Below are positions 56,084-64,000 of a DNA stretch of 64,000 nucleotides, piece after piece. The notes below the pieces were generated by a model. The model searched no databases. It was not told the origin of the DNA and saw only the letters and a program-made list of their open reading frames with translations. Each line of letters opens with the position of its first letter. The stretch's first letter is position 1. This DNA comes from Blastocladiella emersonii ATCC 22665. Taxonomy: Eukaryota > Fungi > Blastocladiomycota. The translations under genes were made by a program, and so were the position numbers. The stretch spans positions 558,001 to 622,000 of the forward strand of contig JANHCV010000012.1 of NCBI GenBank assembly GCA_025594325.1, read 5' to 3'.

Positions 56084-57778
56084 ATGGCTCTCGAGTCGCG
56101 CATCGCCGAGCTCGCAGCGACGACGTTCGCCAAGTTCCCGCAGCCGGTGCAGGACCTGGCGGCCGAGTACGGCCTCTCCCCCGTCGCCGCGCTCGCGGCC
56201 GCGGCTGCCGTCCCGCTCGCCGTGGCGGGCACGGTGCACCACGTCCGCCGCCGCAACCGTCGCGCGCGCCGCGCCCAGGGCAAGGCGCCGCCGCACGTGC
56301 GGCACCTGGTGCCGTTCTTCGGTTCGATGGTGGCGTTCGGCATGGACCCGATCAAGTTCCTGCAGACGCAGCGCGCGCAGCTGGGCGACCTGTTCACCAT
56401 GACCATGTTCGGGCGCGAGATGACGTTTGCGCTGGGCCCTGACGGGAACCACCTGGTGCTCAACGCCAAGGTGACGGTGGCGTCGGCCAAGGACGCGTAC
56501 AACTCGATGACCAAGCCGATTTTCGGGGAAGACGTGGCGTACGACGCGGACCCGGCTGTGTTCGTCGAGCAGAAGAAGTTCATCAAGATGGGCCTGCACA
56601 CGGAGAACCTGCGCGCGTTCGTCGGCATGATCGAGAAGGAGACGCGCGGGTATTTCGCGCGGTGGTCGAAGGCCGAGGGGACCGAGGAGCTGTTCACGGC
56701 CATGTCCGAGCTCACCATCATGACGGCGTCGCGGTGCCTGTTCGGCAGCGAGGTGCGCGAGCGACTCGACGAGGGCGTGGCCGCGCTGTACCACGACCTC
56801 GACCAGGGGTTCCAGCCCATCAACTTCCTGTTCGAGTGGCTCCCGCTGCCATCGTACCGCCGCCGCGATATCGCGCACGTCAAGATGCGCAACGTGTTTC
56901 TCGGGATCATCGAGGCGCGCCGCAAGGAGGGCCGCGCCGACCGCCAGGACGTGCTGCAGGCGCTCATGGACGCCACGTACAAGAACGGCGTCAAGTTCAC
57001 GGACCGCGAGGCCGCGCACATGATGATCGGCATGCTCATGGCCGGCCAGCACACGTCGTCGACGACGACCACGTGGGCGCTGGCGCACCTCGCCGACGCG
57101 CCCGAGGTGTACGCCGCCCTGGTCGCGGAGCTGCAGCGCGAGCTCGGCGCCGACTTCTCGGGCACGCTCGACTTTGACGTGCTCAAGCGGTGCGAGCTGC
57201 TGGACGCGGTGCTGCGCGAGACGCTGCGGATCCACCCGCCCATCACGTCGATCATGCGCAAGGTGGTGCAGCCCATCGAGTACAAGGGGTACGTGATCCC
57301 GGCCGGGCACTACATTGCCGCGGCGCCCGTCGTCTCGGCCCTGCAGGACGACATGTACGAGAACCCGACCCAGTGGCTCCCCTCGCGGTGGCTCGCCAGC
57401 TCGACGGGCAAGGACGGCGCGCGCATCCAGTCGGCGCTCCAGGCCGAGGCCGCGGGCGGCGACGACTACGGGTTTGGCGTGGTCGGCGGCAGCGCCCGCT
57501 CGCACTACCTCCCGTTCGGCGCCGGCCGCCACCGGTGCATCGGCGAGCCGTTCGCGTACGTGCAGATCAAGACGATCCTCGCGACCACGATCCGCGAGTT
57601 CGCGTCGCTCGCGTTCAAGAACGGCGCCAAGTTCCCCGGCACCGACCACACGTCCATGATTGTCATGCCCGTCCGGCCCGTCATGGTCTCGTACGAGCGC
57701 CGCATCCCGCCCGCTAACGTGGGTGCGGCGGCGGGGCCCGCGGCGGCGGGGCCCGCGACGGCGGCTGAGTCGTACTGA
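56084..57778 (+). CDS. ERG11: Sterol 14-alpha-demethylase CYP51
   Basis: FGMDP, YNSMTKPIFGEDVAYD, EQKKF, AGQHTSSTT, ETLRIHPPI, heme motif YLPFGAGRHRCIGE. Intronless. Confidence 0.97.
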   Translation: MALESRIAELAATTFAKFPQPVQDLAAEYGLSPVAALAAAAAVPLAVAGTVHHVRRRNRRARRAQGKAPPHVRHLVPFFGSMVAFGMDPIKFLQTQRAQLGDLFTMTMFGREMTFALGPDGNHLVLNAKVTVASAKDAYNSMTKPIFGEDVAYDADPAVFVEQKKFIKMGLHTENLRAFVGMIEKETRGYFARWSKAEGTEELFTAMSELTIMTASRCLFGSEVRERLDEGVAALYHDLDQGFQPINFLFEWLPLPSYRRRDIAHVKMRNVFLGIIEARRKEGRADRQDVLQALMDATYKNGVKFTDREAAHMMIGMLMAGQHTSSTTTTWALAHLADAPEVYAALVAELQRELGADFSGTLDFDVLKRCELLDAVLRETLRIHPPITSIMRKVVQPIEYKGYVIPAGHYIAAAPVVSALQDDMYENPTQWLPSRWLASSTGKDGARIQSALQAEAAGGDDYGFGVVGGSARSHYLPFGAGRHRCIGEPFAYVQIKTILATTIREFASLAFKNGAKFPGTDHTSMIVMPVRPVMVSYERRIPPANVGAAAGPAAAGPATAAESY

Positions 57779-58227
57779 GGCGAGAGTATTTTTGGGTTGG
57801 AGGTTTTTGTACTGTGCACACTTGTTCGATTTTGCTAAGCATCTTGTTTTTCTCGACCCTCCGTGCCTGTTTGCCAGGTGTTGGTCGCGATGGGCGACGC
57901 GAGCTGCTTGGACATGGCCGCCGGAAGTCGGCACGGCGTAGAGGCGACGGACGCGACGACGCGTTGTTTACCCGCTGCTGCCAGCGCCGCCTCCCGCGCC
58001 GCGCCTCCCCCTCTCCTCTCCCACCCTCCGCGCGCCAACTTCGGAAGATGACGGAAACCCCGATGCAGCAGTCGATGCAACGCGTGCGCGCCGTCTCGCG
58101 CCACCTCTCAGCGTACCCGCGCCGCGGTCCCCTCTCTCTCCCCGCAGCTGCGACGACGATCCGATCCGCATCATCATCAACCGCCCCAACCCCGACAACG
58201 AAACCGACCCTCGCCGAACGATTCACC

Positions 58228-59020
58228 ATGTCCAAGCGTGCCATGTGGGAGGTGATTGAGGAGGCCGAGAAGCTCAACAAGGAGCGTACGTTGCACGCTT
58301 CCCACTCATCCTTCCCCCTCGCCTTGCCTTCACACCCACCCGCCCCTCGTGTAGCATGGGAGATGATGTACCAGGAGGGCGTGACGCCGTGGGACAAGGG
58401 TGTCCCCGCGCCGGCCCTCGCCAAGTTGATCCAGGAGGGCCGGATCCCCGAGGGCCGCATCTGCGTGCCCGGGTGCGGCCGCGGGTGCGACGTGTACGCG
58501 CTCGCGACGCCCACGCGCCAGGCCGTCGGCGTGGATATCAGTCCGTCGGCGGTCGCGGACTGCATCAAGGTACGAACGGCTGCCGCGCGTCTTCCGCGGC
58601 GGAACTGGACTGACTCGCCCGCGCGCGCGCGTGTAGATGAACGAGGAGGAAAATAACCCGCACGCTTTGTTCCTGTGCGTCGACTTCTTCAAGTTCACGG
58701 AGGCGGACCTGGACCCCGCCAAGCCCGCCGTGACCCCGCAGTTTGACGCCCTGTACGACTACACGTTCCTGTGCGCGCTGCCCCCCAGTATGCGCGACGA
58801 CTGGGCCTCGCGCGTCGCCGACATCGTGCGGCCCGGCGGCACCCTCGTCACGCTCATGTTCCCGCTCGACGACCACGAGGACGGACCGCCGTTCGCCCAG
58901 TCGGTCGACGGGTACCGCGCGCTGTTGGCGGAGAAGTTTGACGAGGTCGAGATCGCCGACTGCGAGAGCTTCCCGACGCGCGCGGGCAAGGAGAAGATTG
59001 GCGTGTGGAAGCGCAAGTGA
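58228..59020 (+). CDS. Thiol/halide methyltransferase (HOL/TPMT family)
   Basis: TPWDKG, VPGCGRGCDV, GVDIS, FDALYDYTFLCALPP..R..WA, PGGTLVTLMFP, GPPF. Two introns. An upstream in-frame ATG at 58048 could add an Arg/Ser-rich presequence. Confidence 0.88.
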
Positions 59021-59406
59021 GCTGGCGCGTTTGCGCGAGCGAAAATACAGACGCGATGCGTTTCAGGACTCGAGGCTCGGCTCAGGACACGAGGCTGAGA
59101 GCCACTGCGCGCGTGGCGTGAGTCGCGGGCGGTGCGAGACATCACGTGGGCATGGCGCCATCGTGCAGCCGCGTCGCGCACCGCGGTTGCGCCATCGGCC
59201 ATCGCCCGTGGCCGCGGCCGTCGGCTGTTCCCCGTCCCATTGTCCGTGGCCGCGGCCGCGCTCCGAGACGCGATGGGAGCCAAGATGCAACGTAAGCCGA
59301 CCCAGCCGATGGCCGAACCCTGGACCCACCGCGGCGCGGTATAAGTACCGCGGGCCCGCCCCCTCTCTCCATCCCATCGCGCCCACGCATACCACGAAGC
59401 AACACC

Positions 59407-60033
59407 ATGAAGACTCTCCCCTCCACGCCCGCGACCGAGGACCTGACGCACAAGCCGACGCTGTACACGCACCTGCTCGCGCAGACCGCGGCGCTCGTCG
59501 AGGACCAGCGCAACTGGGTGACCAACCTCGCCAACGTCAGCGCGCTCGTCTACCACGCGCTGCGCGACCGCCAGCTCGCGCTCGGCGCCGCCAAACCGTC
59601 CATCAACTGGGTCGGCTTCTACATCCGCGACGACGTCCTGATGCGCGGCCACCCGCGCCTCGTCCTCGGCCCCTTCCAGGGCAAGATCGCGTGCACGCTG
59701 ATCCCGTTCGGCAAGGGCGTGTGCGGCGCTGCCGCGGCTTCCCAGAAAACCCAGCTCGTCAAGGACGTGCACGCGTTCCCCGGGCATATCGCGTGCGACT
59801 CGGCCACCAACTCCGAGGTCGTCGTCCCCATCGTGCTGCCAAGCGGCGACGTCGTCGGTGTGCTTGACCTCGACTGCGAGGTGCACGGCGGGTTCGACGA
59901 GGAGGACGTGCAAGGGCTCGAGGCGATCGTCCAGCTGCTCGTCGGCGCGTGCGACTGGCCCGCGTTCGCGCCTAAGGCGGCGGCGGGCGTCGCGCCACCA
60001 AGCGCACCGGCGACCGCCGTCGCGGCCAACTAG
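59407..60033 (+). CDS. GAF-domain free methionine-R-sulfoxide reductase (fRMsr/YKL069W-like)
   Basis: NLANVSAL, INWVGFY, LVLGPFQGKIACTLIPFGKGVCGAAA, VKDVHAFPGHIACD, SEVVVP, GVLDLD. Confidence 0.93.
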   Translation: MKTLPSTPATEDLTHKPTLYTHLLAQTAALVEDQRNWVTNLANVSALVYHALRDRQLALGAAKPSINWVGFYIRDDVLMRGHPRLVLGPFQGKIACTLIPFGKGVCGAAAASQKTQLVKDVHAFPGHIACDSATNSEVVVPIVLPSGDVVGVLDLDCEVHGGFDEEDVQGLEAIVQLLVGACDWPAFAPKAAAGVAPPSAPATAVAAN

Positions 60034-60139
60034 GCCCGCCATAAGTTAATATAGAATCCGTGTCCATAGCCATCGCTTGCGCATCGCGAGATTGACCCAA
60101 ACCCGACTCACCGGCCCTGTCCGCGCATCGAGCACGCTG

Positions 60140-60630
60140 GCCGGCGCTCGCAAGCATCGGCGGAGCGTCGGCGTGTTCGTCAGCCTAGCCGCGCCGTGCG
60201 ACCGTATCGATGCCGGTTCGCCTCTCACGACGCGGGACGCTACGCCCTGACCACTGCTCGCCGAGTTGGACACGGGTCCGCACGCCGGTTCGTGTGCGCC
60301 GCATGACCTCGCCGAGCGAGACATCGACATGGCGCAGCCCGCGTCAGTCCCGCGCATCGACGTGCTTGAAGCCGACTGGTTCGTGAGCGCGCTGCCGCCC
60401 GCCATGTGCAGGGCGTGGGCCGTGCGTGGCCGCGCTCGTCCGGCTCGGCGGAATGCTAGTCACGCTCATGCGCACGATCGGTGGCCACGAGAGCGGCCCG
60501 CCGCATTCGCGGTCGGTCAGCGAGTTTCGCGCGCTGCTTGGGGACGCGTCTAACGAGGTCGAGGTGTTGGACTCCGAGAGCATCCCGAGTCGCGCCGAGC
60601 GGAGAGGCTCGAGATCCAGACGGGCAAGAA
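60140..60630 (+). pseudogene. Degenerate duplicate of the thiol/halide methyltransferase
   Basis: RRSVGVFVS, DVLEADWFVSALPPAMCRAWA and VAALVRLGGMLVTLM...HESGPP..RSVSEFRALL...NEVEVLDSESIPSRA align with the intact gene. Contains a stop and frameshifts. Confidence 0.8.
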
Positions 60631-60656
60631 GAACTTTGAATGTATATCCCGCAAAT

Positions 60657-61487
60657 CTACTCTGTCCGCGCCTCACCTTCACCCTCCGCGCGCCGCCGCT
60701 CGAGCTCCGCCTCGAGATGCGCAAGTGCGACAAGCGTGTTGACGTTGGCCGCGCGGACCTGGAGCAGCTCGATATGCGCGCGCTGGAGCCGGTCGAGCGC
60801 GCCCGTCTGCTCCGTCTTGCGCTCAACGTTCATGCGCGTCACCTCGTCGCGCACCACGGCCGCCGCGGCCTCGGCCCGCTTCGCCGCCGCGTCCGCCTGG
60901 TGCACGTGGTACAGCCACGCGTTCGCCCCGTACACGCCCAGCAGCTCCAGGTTCGCCACGCGGTTCGACTGGTGCTCCAGCAGCGTCGCCAGGTAGTCGT
61001 ACGCCGCGGAGTAGTCGGCGGGGGTGGAGAGGGACGCGACGTCGGGGACGGACGTGTACCGCGACAGATCGATCCCGCCGTCGGCGGGCACCGGCGCGCC
61101 GGTTGAGACGCGCGCGAGGTCGGCGGCGAGTGCGGGACGGTCCTACGCGAGGGATGACGGTCAGTGAGCATGTCGGCGCGAGTGGGTTGGGATGGAAGAG
61201 CGTACGGCAAAGAGGTCGATCTTGGGCAGCCGGGCAACGTCCGGGTGCATCTTGCGCGCGCCGCTCCGCTGCAGCTCCTCCTCGACGAGGGCGTCCACGG
61301 CCGACTTGACCTCTATACACGGCCAGCGTCAACACGACACCCATATCGCAGTCTACCTCACGACCCAGCGTACCAGGGATCGTGTAGTGCGTGTCGACGT
61401 CTGCGCAGGGACGCGGCGAGCGGGTCAGTCTTCCGCGGGTCGACTCGTTCGCCTCGAATTCGTACATGGCAGAGCTTCGCTGGACAT
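60657..61487 (-). CDS. BCAS2: Pre-mRNA splicing factor SPF27/BCAS2
   Basis: Spliced MSSEALPYVD...VDALVEEELQR, GIDLSRY, LEHQSNRVANLELLGVYGANAWL, VNVERKTEQ. Confidence 0.88.
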
Positions 61488-61610
61488 GATTTCGTTGCGG
61501 CAAGTTACAGAGTCCCAAGGTGGGAGCGTTACATGGAAAGCCGGGTTGCGAGGAGCAGCGACGCGGCGAGCCGAGCGAGGCGAGGTCAGGCCGGGCGCAC
61601 GCCGCGGTCG

Positions 61611-61634
61611 CGTGATTGTTCGACGCGTCTCGCA
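61611..61634 (-). promoter_or_regulatory. Second recurrent upstream motif TGCGAGACGCGTCGAACAATCACG
   Basis: About 125 bp upstream of the BCAS2 start. Related copies near 3070-3089 and 4753-4773. Confidence 0.5.
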
Positions 61635-61927
61635 CCTCTCCTCACGCGAGCGGTGGCCCGCCTTTCCGCATCGCGGGACTTTCACCGGTTCTGCTCTCTC
61701 AGCAGGTGGTGAGTGGAGCCAGCCTCGGTACGTCTCGTTCGCGCTGTCCGAGCACGAGTCGGACACATGCTTGGCTTCTGGTTTCGGGCCGTGTCAAGCG
61801 GATCCAAGACCCATCAGTAGGGAGAGAATACGTCTATTACTACACTTATTGAAATAGGGGTTGAAAAAGCGAGGAAGTTTGAACGAGAAAGGTGAGCGCT
61901 GGCCTTGTGCGCTGGCCTTGGGGACGC

Positions 61928-63298
61928 TCAGCTTTCACCCTTTTCGACCTCGCCCGGGCCGCTGTAGCTCCCACGCGCCTGTTCGGCAACCGGCTGATGC
62001 ATTTTCCGAGCGGCCAAGAACGCCGCGACCGTCCCAATCGTGAGCGCGTGGTTGCATCCCAGGACAACCTGCCACATTCCCAAATTACTCAGCAGCGCGA
62101 GGAGCATGAACCCGAGGCAGAAGAGCGCACGGAAAATGGCAAACACCGCGGCCGTGTCGGGCCCGTCGCCGAACCACGATGCGAGGCAAAAGTTGATCAA
62201 GCAGTTCGTCACATTGTCGAGCGCACCGAGCATCGCCATCCCGACGATCCACACCGCGGGCGACATTGCGTCCGGGACCAGGACGGCCACGTAGTAGATA
62301 CCGTACGCGGCCGAGGACACGGCGAATGCACCCGCGACGAGCGGCATCGGTCCGCACGAGTCGTACAGTTTGCCCCACACGGGCGACGCGAGGGTGCCCA
62401 CGACGCCAAACGCGATGCACATGGTGGGCAGAAGCCAGACGGGCGCGTCGCGGGGGAGCATCGTCGGGAAGTTGCCGAACGCGAGGCAGTTGATCGAGCC
62501 GTTCCACATGATCACCGGGATCAGCGACGCGAGGGGAGTCGTGGTCAGCAGGCGCGCCATCCGGCGCAGCTGGTCGCTGAACGACGCGGGCGCGGCTTGA
62601 GGCGGCTCCGTGTCAAGGATGAGCGCCGTTTGTTTCGGACGCGGATCGGGCAGCATGGCGAGCAGCAGCGACCCTGCGACGACCACGCCGGCCATGACGT
62701 AGAGCAGCGTCTTGACCAACAAGCCGACGAGAAGGAGCAGGAGCGAGAGTCCGTTTCCCGCGATCATGTTGGCGGTCGATACGAGCAAGAAGCGGCCCGA
62801 GAGCTTGCCCACATCGACGCCGAAGCTGCTCGCCGCAACCGAAACGTAGTAGCCCTGGGTTACCCACAGGGCACCGGCAGCACAGCCGATGAGCGCCGAG
62901 CAGATGAAGAGGAAGACGACGTCAAAGTTGAGCGAGACGATAAACAGCGCGTAGAACAGGCTTGAGACGAAAAAGATGATGCGATGCGGCACCGAGTTGG
63001 TGATGTACGGGGCGAGGATCGAGCTGAAGATGAAGAAAAAGTAGACGATCGCCATGCAGTTGAACCCTTGTTCTGGGAAGATGGTGGTGATGCGCGATTC
63101 TGCAACGTTGCTAGAGCGGCATCGCGAAATTTAGTGCTCCCGCGTCACGCGCAGAGGAGGTGGGCTCCCGTACAATGCCGTGAAGACGAAGAGGAAGCCG
63201 GCACCGAGCAGCGTGACACGTTGCATCGCCTGGCGCTCGTGCTCCGCCGGGGTCGTGTCAAGCTCTAATAGGTCAGGAGATTGCACGGAGTCATTCAT
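61928..63298 (-). CDS. UNC-93-like MFS membrane protein
   Basis: LLGAGFLFVFTAL, AIVYFFFIFSSILAPYI, SALIGCAAGALWVTQGYYV. Multiple TM helices; one intron near 63160-63100. Confidence 0.85.
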
Positions 63299-63565
63299 TG
63301 CCGCTGCATGGTTTGGGTATTGGGTCGGGAGCTTTTGGCGAAGCGCGCGCACCGAAGCGGTTTCGGCAACGGCCCCGTCGCCCCGGCCCACCTGACACGG
63401 TTTCAGCTGCCACCGTCCGGGCCACGCCGGAAGGACCCTCACTCACGGAGACTAGTACTGTGACCACCGAATGGATAAGAATCACTTGATTCACGAAACA
63501 GGGCCCAACGTAAGAGTGCCCGATCACATCCGTTCTCGTCGGACAAAGGGCCAAGGCGACGGTTG

Positions 63566-63579
63566 ACGCGTTGCGCCAC
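63566..63579 (+). promoter_or_regulatory. Recurrent motif ACGCGTTGCGCCAC
   Basis: Perfect copy in the intergenic region upstream of the UNC-93-like gene, pointing away from it. Confidence 0.45.
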
Positions 63580-64000
63580 TCAGCTGACTGACCGGCAACG
63601 CGACTCCAGGAAGTGGTTAAGTGCTGAGAGATGTGTGGGAAGCCCATGGATGGCAAAACGTGGTTGCACGGATTAAAATGTGTGAGCACATGGAGGGCTT
63701 GTGCGACTTGGAGCGCAGCTTCATCACAAGGCTCGCAGTCCGTGACGTCAAGCTCCGTTAGCGTGCTCGGGAGGTCGCGAAGGTGGGCTGATGCACCAAC
63801 ATGCGGGAGAATGCACTTTTAGAACGAATGAAGCGGAAGGACCATCCGAAATGCGGTTCGGGACCAACAATCTAGCGCGCAAAGCAAGTGTCGCTGAGGT
63901 CAAGGTCGTGAACCGAAGCTGGAATCCGCAACGTGAGGAGACGTAGCAAGTCGATGGTGCTCGAAGCAAATGAGAGCGAGGTGGGAGGGGATGGTGATCG

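Noticed and set aside
56011-57934. Long minus-strand ORFs overlapping CYP51
   Set aside because: Antisense shadows of the GC3-rich CYP51 coding sequence.
55574-60033. CYP51 + methyltransferase + GAF protein as a secondary-metabolite cluster
   Set aside because: No backbone enzyme (PKS, NRPS or terpene cyclase), and CYP51 has all the canonical sterol demethylase motifs.
1-64000. tRNA, rRNA or snRNA genes and telomeric repeats
   Set aside because: No T-loop/D-loop pattern or other recognisable RNA signature was found by eye; tRNAscan-SE or Infernal would be needed to exclude them.

Overview
Eukaryotic (fungal) genomic DNA with short GT-AG introns. The GC-rich core genes and gene content suggest a zoosporic fungus, probably Blastocladiomycota (inference). 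Two compartments alternate. (i) Very GC-rich housekeeping blocks: NMT1, a PlsC-family acyltransferase, an INO4-like bHLH, an LRRC58-like protein, AOS1/SAE1, GAA1, SUMO, UBC8, CYP51/ERG11, a HOL/TPMT-type methyltransferase, fRMsr, BCAS2/SPF27 and an UNC-93-like MFS. (ii) Visibly less GC-rich accessory islands holding eight paralogs of an (F-box-like/ankyrin-like N-module + RNI-type LRR) family, two tandem DUF4470-like pseudogenes, orphan ORFs and mobile DNA. The mobile DNA includes two related Helitron2-like elements with asymmetric terminal inverted repeats and terminal hairpins: a decayed RepHel copy at 31206-35284 and a non-autonomous copy at 22306-24033 that carries a LINE RNase H/Cys-His fragment. 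A 14-bp motif, ACGCGTTGCGCCAC, recurs in six perfect copies plus variants, mostly upstream of genes, and both Helitron2 copies end 41-45 bp upstream of one. No prokaryotic systems, CRISPR arrays or recognisable RNA genes were found. All family assignments come from motif recognition by eye, not from database searches.
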